A DNA stretch of 64,000 bases, taken from contig NW_027192194.1 of the NCBI RefSeq assembly GCF_041956535.1, positions 155,444 to 219,443 on the forward strand. The letters are read 5' to 3'. The notes below the pieces were generated by a model, which saw nothing but the letters and a program-made list of their open reading frames with translations, ran no database searches and had not been told where the DNA came from. Source of the stretch: Calcarisporiella thermophila CBS 279.70 (lineage: Eukaryota > Fungi > Calcarisporiellomycota). A program made the translations under genes and the position numbers. Shown here piece after piece: positions 43,628 through 56,747 of the stretch (its first letter is position 1; every line of letters starts with the position of its first letter).

Positions 43628-44198
43628 GGGGGGGGGTTAGAGGGAGTGGGGAGGGGAGGAGAGGTGCAGACTACCTGAGGAACAAAACAAGAAAGAAAAA
43701 AAAGGCTTGCACCCGATAACGGACGATGGTCATATATATTATCCCAGCATGACTTAATAATGCACATTCCAATTTAAGATTCTCCTCGGCTCATCTTTAA
43801 ATCCGCCCTCCCATCATTCATCATCGGGTAAAAATTTCATAAGGCCGAATTGTTTCTATCGGAGAAAACTTAGGTTCACATGGACGGCCAGCTAACGGTG
43901 AGCCGACGAACACCAAGTGTCCTAACCCCGAGGTTTTCCGCTTTACTGACCAGCTCGCGCCTCTGTTTCTGAAGTCAAAGACAAGAGAATCATGTAGGGG
44001 CAAACGCTCCGGCGCCCTTTCTCCCACTGCTGATCTACTTTGCCACCTCGAATTCCTTCGGATAATTCTTAAGAGGTACGATAAGAGGTTTGAAACTTGC
44101 CCTCATTTTGGTAATTATGCCAGTCTAAATTATCCATTCCATACCTACCCTTTACTGATCTCAATCGCCCGCCTCCCCCCCTCTCTCTCCTGACCATC

Positions 44199-44942
44199 AT
44201 GTCCGCCAAAAGACGCGCAAAATCGGCCTCCTCTTCCTCCTCCTCCTCCTCTAGATCGCAGCCTCGGCTCACCGAATCGGCCTTTAAATCCACAGCCAAA
44301 CGAAAACATGAGGTGAAAAAATCCATCGTGCAATCTGCACCCCGCGTGTCGAAGAAGCCGCAGGCCGGCGAGGAAGCAATTCCCTATGTGTCATCATCCG
44401 ATGGCGAGGATGATGCCAAAGAGTTTTATCGGAAGGCGCAGGAACGGATGGAAAGTAAGTTAGTGCAGTGTTCTTTATTTTTTATCTTTCTCTATGCAAT
44501 GCTTGTGCTCTTTCCCCATAATTATCTTCAATGCTCCGCCACTCCGCTTCACCCACGCTCCTCCAAAGCAATCCTAGCATGTTCCAGACTCCCCGCATTA
44601 CCCATTTCATTTTCACCTTGTCGTTCCCCCTTCTCCCCTCCCTTTCTGATCATTGCTAGCCACATCCAATCACAAAGTTACTAATATGGATTCTCACCTG
44701 TTGCATGGTTTGTTTGCTTAGTCCATCAAGAGGGACTTTCCAACACGGATCGGCTCCTCCGCTCCTTCGACCTCGACTCCACCTATGGGCCTTGCTTGGG
44801 CCTCACCCGCCTCGAACGCTGGGAAAGAGCGAAAAAATATGGCCTTGCGCCACCGGATAAAATCCGGCGCGTTCTCCTTCGGAAAGAGAAGGCAAAAGAC
44901 GAAGAGGCATTGCTTTGTGTGCTTCACGACCAGATTGTGTGA
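44199..44942 (+). CDS. POLD4: DNA polymerase delta subunit 4 (p12/Cdm1)
   Basis: N-terminal QPRLTESAF PIP-like box; after intron 44455-44721: LRSFDLDSTYGPCLGLTRLERWERAKKYGLAPP. Confidence 0.92.
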
Positions 44943-45607
44943 TAACCTTTTTTTTCATGTTTATTTTTCCCATTCCGACCCCTCAACCCCCGCCTCTGTG
45001 TTTAATTTTTCCCGCTTTGCTGATACTCTCTGTGCTTATTTTGCCTTAATGTTGTTTGTGTGCTATTGTTTTCGTAATCTGTTCTGAATTTCGTGTTGTT
45101 TTCGTTTCTCGTTTCCCAACCGTTTTAGCATGGCCAATTGTCGGCTTAATAAACCTGCCACCAAGAATAAGATTGTATTTTATGTCTCCAATGAAGAAAG
45201 GTAGGCGCGGAGGAAGACAAGGAAAAATGAACATTAGGGAAAGAGAGAGGAAAACGAAACAAGAAACTAGAGCAGCCCTGTTCCCAGGCTATAAATAAGA
45301 TTATGTGAATAGGAAAGAGGGAGGGGAAAAAAAAAACATACAAAATACGAAGACGCTAATAAAAAAAAAACACGAGAAAAATAAGTGATAAACAAGGGAG
45401 AAGAGAGCACATCCATCACGTTGAATATATAAAAAGAAAGAGGGAGGAAAAGGCAAGAATAACAAGAGAATATATATATATTAGAATAGGGATTAAGTTA
45501 GATGAAAGAAAATAACAATAAAAAAAAATAAAAATCAACCGAAAAAAAAAAATGAAGAGAAGGATGATGGAGGTGAGCCAAAAAAAAAAAATAAACGACC
45601 TACATTT

Positions 45608-47026
45608 TCAAAGAATCCCTGAATCCTTTAGTGCATTCTGTAAGAGAGTTTCCTTCACAGCAGCAAACACGAGCCGAATCTACCAAAGTGAAGAAGCCAA
45701 ATGAGCATTCGATACATAATAAGAGGATGCGTAAAAAAAAAGTACACACATTGGAGGTGTCGGTTGCTGTTGTGAGATGGGGGTATATGTTGAGTCGTGC
45801 CCGGTTGGTCGAGGTGAACCGCCAGGCGATGTACTTGATAGCTTTGGTAATCTCTGGTCCACCTGATATTCAATGTATCGGTAAGAAGGCGGAGAGATTA
45901 GTATCGCTACCGTTTACCACTCTATTTTCCCCATCTGGATTTAAAGCACTCACCATAGTAATCCGGAAAATATCTCTCCAGCGGTACACGCGGTAATTTC
46001 AGTTTGAACAAATCAAACTTGTTCAAGAACAAAATGATGCTAGTCCGTAGGAACCACCGACTGTTGATCACGCTCTCGAAGAGGACCAGGCTCTCCACCA
46101 TGCGATTCTGCGCCGTCTCCTCGAGCAGTGCCTGGTCGTACTCTGAAAGGGCCACACAGAAGATGATCGTAGTCACGGCCTCGAAGCAATGGATCCACTT
46201 TTTGCGCTCGGAGCGCTGTCCTCCGACGTCGAACAGATGGATGCTGAGTTGGCCCATTGCAAAACGCGTCTCGGATATTCCTGTGGATTTTAGACGTGCA
46301 CGGAGGATGTCATCTTGAGTAGGGAGATAGTTGGAAGCGCCGATGCGATGCACCTCATCAAAGAAACTGAGTGCAGCAAGAGAAGAAAGAGTCAATAAAG
46401 GCACCCCTCAAGAAGCGCAACAACGGGAGTACGTACTAAGTCGCCGAATCCATTAGATAGAACTCACTCCCGCGATCCAGAAGTTTCGGAATGACGGGAT
46501 CATGGTAAATGGAATCCACTGCTTTGATGATCTCGCGGGAGAGCCGGAAGTCTGAATCAGATGGTACCTGGAAATCCACAACTAGAGCCGCATAGGCCTG
46601 ACAGAGAAGGCAGTGAGGGGGGGGGTTATTAACAGGCTGCGTGGAAAGCGGGAGACTTACTTTGTTTTCCTCATTTTCCAATTCCATTTCAAATTTTTCG
46701 AGCGTTGTAATGATCACCTGCATGGACTCGATGAGATTTTTGTAAACCGTAGTCCGCCACCACTGTCGCTCCATTTCTGAGTATCCGTTTTGATGTATGA
46801 TCTTCATCTGTTTCACAATAGTCGACTTCCCGGATTCGCCGCTCCCTGGCCATGACACGTTTGAATATTAAAGTAACGTCTCAAATAGAAACAGAAAAGC
46901 AACGGTACCTAGTAATAAGATTTTGCATTCCTTGCTGAATTTACGACTGTCTTCCTCGATCTTTCGATCGATCTCCAGGCTCCTTAGTCGTTGCTCCCTC
47001 TCCTCTGCTGACATGCACAACCCCAT
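45608..47026 (-). CDS. Heterotrimeric G protein alpha subunit, fungal group III (Gpa2/GanB-like)
   Basis: [48 protein letters not shown], ends LKDSGIL. Confidence 0.96.
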
Positions 47027-48655
47027 GGCTGAGGCAGGCTCGTGGCAATGGTGGAAGATTAGGAAAAGAGAGAAGGAAAGGGTGAGGGAAAGAGTGGGAG
47101 AAAGAGCACAGGCGTCTTAGTATATGAGAGAAGGGCGCGGGGCAAAGGCAGTGATCAAGGCAGGCTGTTGGCGAGAAGGCAGTTAGGGTGGGCAACGCAT
47201 GAGAGGAAGCGGAGGAGACTATGAAAAGCGCAGATTGGTGCCGTTGAACAAGAGAAAAAATCACTGCACAAAATCGCAAAACCCTGACCCATTCCTAAAT
47301 TTGACCCGACTTCCTCTCTCGGGCGGTCCGGCAGATGCAGTCAGCAGCCAGGTTCCAACTCTCGATCCGCGCATCGCCCGAGAAACGGCTGGTCCTTTCC
47401 CACCGCCTTTTTGACTGTGTTTGTTCCATGCGGTGCGGCTAAGCGGACACCCTCCCTTCCGCCCCTGGCCTCGCCCCCTTCGCTCCGTGCCAGACGTCCT
47501 CGAGCCGCCCGGAGAGCCTCCCGGCCCGCCGCGCTGTCTCTCCCCCGTCGGCCCCCCTCGCCGCGCTGGGCCTACGCGGGCTGCACTGCGGCTCCTCCGG
47601 GCAGGGGATTTTTCCCTTTTTCTTCGAAGCTGCCGAGCCCTCCGCTTCCCAACAAACAACCCGGCGGCACCTGACAGTTGGACTGCGCTCTCGTCAGCGA
47701 GACATTTAACCAAAGGCCATGTTTCATAAAATCGCGAAGGATACGTGCTCTCTTCTAAAACCAGATAATTGCCTTATCTTAATAAGCGCCAAAAACCTCC
47801 ACTTTTCCGCAAGGGATTGCAGCTGCTCTTGCTTTTTTTTTTTTCCTCCACACTGAAAACAAAGACGCTAGGGAAAAGCTTAATCACCCCTCAAAAGCTG
47901 CTCGCGCAAAACACGCATTTTATCCAATATGCCGCACAGAAATCGCCGCCACCATAGTCGAGGCCACCCGCAGAGACCCCGCTTCGCAACCAGCCTGAGC
48001 CAGGGCTCCGAAGCGCAGCAACTCCCCGGCTCCGCTCTAACCAACCTGGCCACGGGCGCAGAGCCCTTGACAAGTAAAGGGCAGAGGGGCAGCAACCCGC
48101 GCTCGAGCGTGGGCGAACCCCAGAGAGAACAACATTCCGGATGAGTCCGGTGATGGGCATGCAATGCACCCACCCGCCATTATTATATAGTGTAAACCAT
48201 TTTCATTTATGTAAAACGCGTGGTCAGTGGAGTTACTGTACACTTGAATTGTCAGGATAGGCTACCTTCTTTGTTTATGCATGTACTGAATCTCTCCTCT
48301 TTTTTCTCTCCCAGTATTTCTCATTCATTCAATGCGGTCACCAAGTTCTAGACCCTTCACATTGAAATAATAAAGATTAGTCTCAAGTGGGAAAGCAATG
48401 AATATATTTTATCAATTCGGTTGACAATGATAGAGAAGAAAAGCAAAGAGTAAATTTAAAGACACCCTCCCTTTTTCCACCTTTTCACACACCACAAAGA
48501 AAAAAACGACAAAAGGCTGTATGAATGAGACAAAGAAGAGGAAGAAGTAGAAGAGAGGTAAAAGGAAAAAAAAATATACAAATAGAAAAAAAAAAAAAAC
48601 CAAGAGGAAAATAACACAACATACACATCCTTTTCTCATTCCAATGCGCTCTAGC

Positions 48656-50376
48656 TCATAGTAGACCCCGCCCCCACGTCCTCAACACGTTGGAACACTG
48701 GCGTTTGCAGTGCGTCGACCAGTGTGTATTCCACAGTCCCAACGATATCAGTTTGCCGGCATGGTACAGGCATTGCTCCTGCTGATATTTCAGGTAGAGC
48801 CGCTGGCCAAACAGCTTTTCAAAGAGGGACTCGCGCCCCGCGGGCTCGGGCTCCGCCGTCGGCACATACACCAAAAAGTCCTCGGGAAGCACGTAGAATT
48901 CGGCCCCCGAGAGATACAGCCCATAGTAACACGAGGCCAAATTGTCGCTAAAGCGCTCAGAGCACCAGGGGAGGATTTGCTTGGCCATGACGACGCTGGG
49001 AGAGTAGTGCAGCTCGTAGTCCACCACGGGATACGGTCGCTCGGCCCCAATCCACTTGTCGTAGCGAGTCGGGCCAAAGCCGAGTTTCCAGTGCTGATCG
49101 TACAGGACCAATTGCCCCTCCGCCACCATGCGTAGCACCGCCCCCTTGGAGGCCGGAACCTCTCGTGCGGTGGTGTTGGCCAGGTAGGCGAAGGTGGGAA
49201 GCACCAGAGCATGCCCCTCTCGCAGAAGCTTCCTGTACGGCTCCTGCTGTAATGTCTTGTACAGATCCGTCACTGGCCACGAGTCGGGACCCAAAAATGC
49301 AACATGATCGGTGCGAGCGAACAGGCGAGCCAGATTACGGTGCATATTTCTTCGCGGCTGGACATACTTGACCACCGGGGGATCAAGCACCAGATGGAGG
49401 TCGACGTTGCGGCGCACGGTAGGATTTTGTTGGTGGAGGTCACGGAAGCGCCGGAGAGCGTCTTGCGTGGAGTCGGGCAGAGGATCGGTGGCGGTTGTAA
49501 TGGCCAGTGTCGCTGAGATTGGCCCTAAAAGACGAGAAGAAAAAATAAAATGAGGCACAGGCCGTCGAAAGACACCACCGAAGTGATCTTGGATACGAGG
49601 ACTTACCATTCCATCTCTCAGCAAGTTGTCGCAGGGTATCTACGCCCCGTTCGTCCAGTACCGTGACGATACTTACGTCATCCTGCACAGGGATCGATTC
49701 TGCTCGCAGGTAATAAGGATCTATGTGCTCAAGCGTGGTAGGAAGCTCGTTGGAAAAAAGTTTTGAAAACAGATAGCTGTTTGAAAACTGCGAGATAACC
49801 GAGAACGGCTCATCTGTTCATACAAAGGGTCAGCATTCCACCGGAACACAAGGCATTCGTCCATCCCCTAGAAGGCTTACCAGGATCATAAGTCCGCTTC
49901 AGGTCAAAACGCTTCTCGGACGCCTCCGAGTCCGATGTACCGAGCAGCCACCGTGCAAAATGAGTGGATGTCAACACGACACACCAGGTCATAAAGAGGA
50001 AAAACGCCAATCGAAAGGGTCGTAATCTCCACAGGCGATGCTTCCACCTCCACCAGTCAAATAACATTCCATTTCCAAATGTAAACGGCGATCGTGGGGT
50101 GCGAGCGGAACGGAGGGACGCAGGGACAGGCCAATTGACCAGATCCCGAATCACACGCATTGCAGTGCTGCCACGCTGCCATCGAGATTTGCTGCCAGCA
50201 GGAGAATGGATGGATGCAGAGTCTGCCGAATTGGGCTGCGGTATAGTATTGCTAACAGGAATTTGCACAGAGAGTTTACCTCGCCGCACTGATCGACCCC
50301 CAATGCTTCCAGTGCTTTTGGCACTTGTGGAAGGATCGGAAGAGGAGGGATCCGATGGGTGTTGAGTGGGAGACAT
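48656..50376 (-). CDS. Type II membrane glycosyltransferase, GT49-like
   Basis: TM helix, DDVSIVT, RWNGPISATL, VDLHLV, RNLARLFARTDHV, ALVLPTF, WCSERFSDN. Confidence 0.8.
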
Positions 50377-50729
50377 GAGTAGCTAAGGGCAAAACAGATC
50401 TCGTACTGCTCCACTAATTTTCTCGTTGGGTCTTTACAAGATTAAATAAGTCTGGAATGCAAGAAGCTTTAAATAGGAGTAGCACTGGAAAATCGGTTCA
50501 AACGCAATTAGTGGAAGGAGAAGAGATGAAGATCAAATGTCCAAATCTTTCATGGGCTATCGACTTTAATTAAATGAATCTTGAGCGATGTTGAAAAAAA
50601 AAAGACAAAAATAAAAAATAGAATTTCTGGCTAAGGCCCTGCAAAGCCACAAGTTACAAAGAACACAGGATTTAATATTCTAATAAGAACTCTGGCAGAA
50701 TAAAAAAATCAACTTCCTCCATTCACTGT

Positions 50730-50802
50730 CGAGCGTACCAGGGGTCGAACCTGGAATCTCCTGATTCGTAGTCAGGCGCCTTATCCATTTGGCCATACGC
50801 CC
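50730..50802 (-). tRNA. tRNA-Arg (anticodon ACG), intronless
   Basis: Reverse complement GGGCGTATGGCCAAATGGATAAGGCGCCTGACTACGAATCAGGAGATTCCAGGTTCGACCCCTGGTACGCTCG folds as a 73-nt cloverleaf; T7 Pol III terminator about 22 nt downstream. Confidence 0.97.
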
Positions 50803-52102
50803 GTTTTCTCACGTGGTGTTACGCAAGTTGCCAAAGTATTGAGGAGAAATTGGCTCGTGAAATTCGGGTAGGCTCGGCGCGGTGATCTTAGTCGCATCCA
50901 AAGGGCAAATAACAAATCGATGGGGGGAGAGGTAACGGGTAATGATCGGCTACAGCAACGCCAAGGTAATGATCTGCTTTTCCAGTCAGTACACTTCTAG
51001 TTTGTGGCTAGTGTACACTCTTTTGCACGATCATTTTGATATTTTCGACTGTGGCAGCACTAGGTTCAACTTAGAGGCTCGTCGATAGATTTCATTAATT
51101 TAAGGATAAAAACGCATAATAATTGGCCCTTCTTTTCAGATCTCAGGGTTCCATTCTTTCATAGAGTAACTTCTTGAAGGTGTAGAGCTAAAAATAATAC
51201 GGATACATGCCTTCGGAGTATTAAACCCAAATAGTGGAATGTGGCTGCTTTTATTTTTTCATCAAAATACTAATTTGTTACAGCTATCATGATCATGACA
51301 ACTACCAAGTGCTAAAAAACGATGCTTATCAATACAACACGACCGATTCCGTCTACGTTAAAACCGTTGAAATTATCTGCTTAAATCAAAATTGGATCTA
51401 ACAAAATGCACTAATTACATAAGTGAAATGGTTGAGTGGGTGAAATATATTTAGGGTTATGTAGATAGACGTAGTATGATCCAAAAGCTTGTAATAAGTG
51501 GTTATGTAAAAAGTAAAGGTTGTGTAGTATTGAATACAAAAATTCCAAAAAAATGTAATTAAGCCAAGAAAAATGAAGAGGAAATATCAAGGAAGGTTGC
51601 TGTATCCTTCCAATATCACCATAGTTCTATCAGCTACAGAATATTCAAATCTACCATAGTCCACTAACTCTTATGATTTTTCCCTAATCTCGTAACTATG
51701 GTAATATGTGTCGGCTTCCAAAGCGAGAGTTTCAACAAAGATCTCGTGTTGTTAGATGATGGTTCACTAGACAATTTAGGAAGTCAGGTCTAATTGCAGG
51801 ATATTAAAATTTGGTGACCGCACAATTTGCGAGAAAACAAATAACGGTCCAACATAGTTCCCCACCTTTCACTATAACCAAGGCTATTAACACTTTACCA
51901 CAATGCACAAGATAAAAGAGCACCAATTCCTGTTTATCAGTGAAGTAGGGAGGAAAGCGAAGGAGAGAACCTGTTTGTTCTCTTTTTCTTTAGTTTTTTC
52001 CCCCATCCTTCTGCAATTCTTCTTGAGTAATTTTTTTTTTTTTTTGAATTCTCAACCTATTCTAACACCTAATCCAAACAATACACCACTACCCCAACCA
52101 AG

Positions 52103-53667
52103 ATGCAGGATGAGAAAGGAGTTGGAATCGTTGTGATGTATAATGATATTAATTATGCATCCCTTGATGACAAAGAAAATGTTGTAGGCAATCTCAATGG
52201 TAGCGACTCAACTAACGATCCTTCCAGTAGTAAAAGCGAGAATGAAAATGAAAGAGAAGAAAAGGTCAAAGGAGAAGAGGAAGAGGTGACTGTCATATTA
52301 ACTCTGCAAGACCTCCCGCATAAGTGTACGTACGAAGGCTGTGGAAAAGCATACAAGCGGCCTTGTAAACTGGCGGAACATATTCGAATTCACACCGGAG
52401 AAGTAAGTGAAATGATATTCAAGAGAGGCTTGCTACGATTATTAACGGCTGGATTCAGAGACCATTTATATGTCATATATCAGGATGCGGGAAGGCATAT
52501 CGGCGCTCTATCCATCTTGCTACTCATATGCGGACGCATGATCCTGAAAACAGCAAGAAATTCAAATGTATGCTACCTGGATGTTCAAAAGCGTTTTACA
52601 CACGTCAACGCTTAAACCGACACTTGCTTTCTCACAAATCACCGAATCCATATAAAGTAAAGACGAGTCAATTGTTTTAGGCGAGGTTTCGATTTCATGT
52701 TGATATGCTTTTGATTTTTTTTCATTCTTTTTCCCAACAGTGCGGTTGGAAAAATTGCGATGAGGAGTTTGCCAAACACAAGCAGTTACATATGCATATG
52801 CTCACGCACACAGGCAAGAAACCATTCGCTTGTACGCACGAGGGATGCGATCAGAGCTTTGTTAGTTCTGACAAATTAAAGGCACATCAGCGCATTCATG
52901 GTAGCAAAATAGCAATATCTTAATTTGTTCGTACAGTGTGTGTTCTGATACTTGTTTAATGCATTTCATTGTATGTAGCGATTTCTAACCATTTGTGCCA
53001 ACATACCGACTGTGGGGCCCAATTTAAGACGTCGGCCTCACTGCAGGAGCATATCCAGATTGCACACACCATCTTGTGTTCCACTTGCGGTAAAGGTTAT
53101 AAATCAGAATTTGACCTATGTCAGCACATGAAGTCACATGAACAGGATCGTGCTCGTATAAAGTGTGTGGTGAAGAGTTGTGAGAAAATGTTCTCAAGTG
53201 TTAGTACTAATGGAATTGCTTTTAAAAAGGAAGTCTAACTCCTAGTTTTAATCCACAATTTTTAGCGAAAGCATCTTTATTCTCATATTCGAGCTTCACA
53301 TCATCAAGTTCACCCATATGCATGCTCTTTTCCCGACTGTGATAAGACATTCGCGCGTAAGCACCTGCTTGCTCGCCACCGCCGCTCTCACAAGGTGAAC
53401 GACCAATCGTCTGCCCCAATCGACCGCAAGCGAAGCTCTGCCATGGCGGTTGAAATACGACTTGGAAAGGAATGTGAGGCGATGCTGTCTTGCCCAGTCA
53501 AATCATGTGAACATCGGTTCTTTGAGATTCTCGACTTGAAAGAACACTTGAATGTGTATCATGAGGAAGAAGAAGTGGAAAGAACTTTTGGAGAAGAGAC
53601 GAGAGAATTAGGAATACTAGGCGAGGCTGCCTCTTTATCATTTGCCGTCGAAAGCATGAGCACGTGA
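52103..53667 (+). CDS. Multi-C2H2 zinc-finger protein, TFIIIA-like
   Basis: About 9-10 C2H2 fingers with HTGERP/HTGKKP linkers (CTYEGCGKAYKRPCKLAEHIRIH etc.). Confidence 0.75.
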
Positions 53668-54261
53668 ACCCTTTGGTTTATTTTCCCTCTTAATAATTTG
53701 ATTTGAACAGAGAAACTTGATATGAACCTTCCATCTGTAACTTTGGGAGCTTTTTTGTTTGAGTTTTGGAGACTGATTATCAACACTATATTTCTTACAT
53801 TATCTTATGCTATCCTACAAAATCATTACTTTTTCTATTTTCATTTTTATTCCATTTCATTTTTTCTATTAACCGAAGCAAACATTAACGGTTTAGGATG
53901 GAAGAGCCTAAGCAGTGGAAAGTGGTAGATCTTATTGTTTCTTTAATAAATTACCATCGATGTTTAGTAAGACTGTTTAGCGGATTATACGCAGCGAGCT
54001 AAGGGTCGTAGGCAGCTTTCCCTCACCATAGCAATTAAACTATCTCCGCAGCTTAATTTTATTCACACAGCGATTTGACTCTACGGGAAACCAAACTTTT
54101 ATGAATTTAAAAACAGCTAAATAGAAAATGTGTACTTAGGCCCGCACTGTCCGCGCTCTAAAAGTTTAAATGTGACGTGCATTTCCATGATCATGATTTC
54201 CGCCGCCCTTCATTTGTAATTTTTCATTTTTATCACGAAACGACAATTGTACACCGATTGA

Positions 54262-55192
54262 ATGCTTCTGCGACCACGAATTATTTTTCCTCTTCTAGCG
54301 CGCCGCCGCTTGTATCCCCCAACGCGCAGATTAACAACGGTTGGATGTACTATCATCGGTGACGAGATTCTCTCCGGGAAGACGCAAGATACCAACAGCC
54401 ATTTCCTTGCCCAGTACTGCTTTGGACTTGGGATGGACTTGAAACGGATCGAGGTTGTCCCGGACGAAGAGGCAGCCATTGGAGAGAGCGTGAAAGAAAT
54501 GTCAAAGCGATACGATGTGGTTTTTACGTCGGGAGGGATCGGTAAATTGTATTAATGCTTTGTTCTCTTTTTTGCGACTGAGTTTATCAACGATTAGATT
54601 TGAAGGTCCTACCCATGACGACATTACCTATGATGCCATTGCCAAAGCATTTCACCTCCCTCTTCAGCTTGACGCTGAGACGTGGCACTTGATACAGAAG
54701 CAAAGACCATTCTCCCCAGATACCCCTGAGGAGGTCACGCGTGCACGTCAGCGCATGGCTATTTTTCCCTCACCTGTTGAGATTATCCGCCCGTGTGAAG
54801 GCGTATGGGTCCCCATCGTGGTGGTGAACGGAAACGTACACATCCTGCCCGGCATACCGCGGTTTTTCCGAATGCTACTTGAAGGATATCGCCCGTGGTT
54901 AGAAAAGCGGCGGAAGGGCGAAATAGAGAGCGGGGCGAGATATTGGCGCACTTCTGTCGTCACACGGTTGCCCGAATCGATTATTGCGCCTTGGCTAACC
55001 CGTGCGCAGGAAAAGCACCGGGACAGTGTTCGGATCGGTAGTTATCCTCAGCTGGTTGATGATGGCAGGGGATGGCAAGTCACGGTAAGCTTTGCTGGCT
55101 TGGATCGAGAGAAGGTGCGGCAGACAGCCGAGGAAGTTGCGAAGCAGATTGAGGGCACATTAATAGAAGGGACCTCTGGAGGGAAAGTATGA
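54262..55192 (+). CDS. Molybdopterin-binding/CinA-like domain protein (Fpy1/FAD pyrophosphatase-like), probably mitochondrial
   Basis: IIGDEILSGKTQDTNS, VFTSGGIGPTHDDITY, ILPGIP, IGSYP; Arg-rich N-terminus. Confidence 0.9.
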
Positions 55193-55434
55193 AGAATTAG
55201 GTGTAGGAGGTAGAGGGAATATTTAGTTTGTTATTGAGAAAGACCCTTTGTTTTCTATATATTCAATAAATAAAAACAATTGAAATGCCAGGAAAATAGG
55301 GCAAAAATATATCACAATTAAAACAACCAGAATCCCAAGTCCATTCAAGTAAGAGAAGAGAAAAGGCAAAAAAGAACGTCCGCAAAAAATAAAAGTCCAC
55401 AAAACTATGCATGGTATATGGAGTGAGAAGAAAT

Positions 55435-56598
55435 TCACAACATGATGGCGCCCTCTTTGGGCTCTGAAACAACCTCCGGTGGCACCTTTTCGTCAGCCTT
55501 CATGACTTCTTCTAAGGCAGCATCAACCACCTTCTCTATTGACTCAGCTCCTTGTGAGTCCAAGAGCTTGAACTCGAGCGGTTCCACTTGTCCAGGGGTT
55601 AATTTTCGCCGGCACACCGGACACCTTTTCGATGCGCTGATGGCTGCATAAATGCACTCTTCGCAAAACAGGTGGCCACATACTGTGGCGGCGACGTTGT
55701 TGGGGATCTCAAGACAGACGGTGCAATGGATGCGGAGTTCGCCAGGCTGTGGGGGTGGGGTGGGTTCTTTAGGAGGCTTTTGCTGCTGATGTAGTAGTTG
55801 AATGTTTGAAGCCTGAGAGAGCTCTGCCGCACCTTCAGTGCTTTTGGTACTAGCATTTTTTATGTGGCGGACCTCCTCGTCTACTGGTCTGGAGTCGGCG
55901 CTAGAACCTTCTCGCGAGCGCTGCCCAAAAGTGGCACTTGCTGAGCGGTCTCTTGCCCGCACATTCCTCCCCCAGAAATCATGAGTCGGATTTGGTGCAG
56001 GATGTAATGACTGTGGTATGGAGCTAAGAACGCTGGACATTACAGAGCCTAAGCGATTCGGATCATTTCTCCCTACTGAAAAGGATTGCAAAGGGGTAGG
56101 AAGATGCAGAGGTGGTAGGCCTTGGATGTGTGCAATTGGGGAGGGGCGAGGAGGAGGTGTGGTGGTAAGATCAATGCATTCTTGCTCGGCATCACTTTCA
56201 ATATTTACAACCACGATAGGTGAGGGCGCGGTAGTTAGTGTAGGTGGAGGAGATGCTATAGAAGAAGATAATGAAAACGCATTTGATGAGGGGATGTCCA
56301 GGGGGGATGGATTAGAATGGCTCATGATGAGGGTGGTGCCCTGTGATTGTACAGGCGCTTCGGCGGACAGTTCGGTAGTCGCGGATGGCACCATGGGCAT
56401 TGTGCGCGTTGAGGATGAATTGCATGCCTCCTTGCGCGGCACTAGTGAGAATCATAAAGAATGGACATGTGACTGATGTTAACATGGAATAATCATAAAA
56501 TCAGTTGGGATACCACTACCTCCTAACTGAGAGGGCACGGTTTCCTCGCCAATCCCGTTACAGCTCCTCTTTCGCTTGCCCAGCATATTGTTTAGCAT
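55435..56598 (-). CDS. RING-finger E3 ligase, SUMO-targeted (RNF4/Slx8/Rfp-like)
   Basis: SIM-like IVVVNIE and CIDLT; C-terminal CTVC...TVCGHLFCEECI...CPVCRRKL. Confidence 0.8.
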
Positions 56599-56747
56599 TT
56601 AAGACCGCCTTGTAAAATAAGTGAACGTATTTAAAACGGAATGATTTGTGACTGTCCCTTCGCAACCCCATAATAGGGCATTTCCTTTTTGGCGGATCAA
56701 TTCGGGGGAAGGAAGTATTATGTACAGAGAATCTTTATTAGTGTGTA

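Noticed and set aside
43834-44096. RNase P or telomerase RNA interpretation (ACAAUUCGGCCUUA; cctaacccc)
   Set aside because: No canonical CR-I/P4 pairing and no 1.5-repeat telomere template; kept only as an unidentified structured candidate
47199-48243. GC-rich ORFs upstream of the G-alpha gene
   Set aside because: Low-complexity Pro/Arg/Gly translations in all frames; more likely promoter/5' leader
50850-51900. 1-kb gene-free AT-rich stretch with a weak inverted repeat near 50987-51020
   Set aside because: No terminal inverted repeats, target-site duplication or coding remnant; cannot support a mobile element
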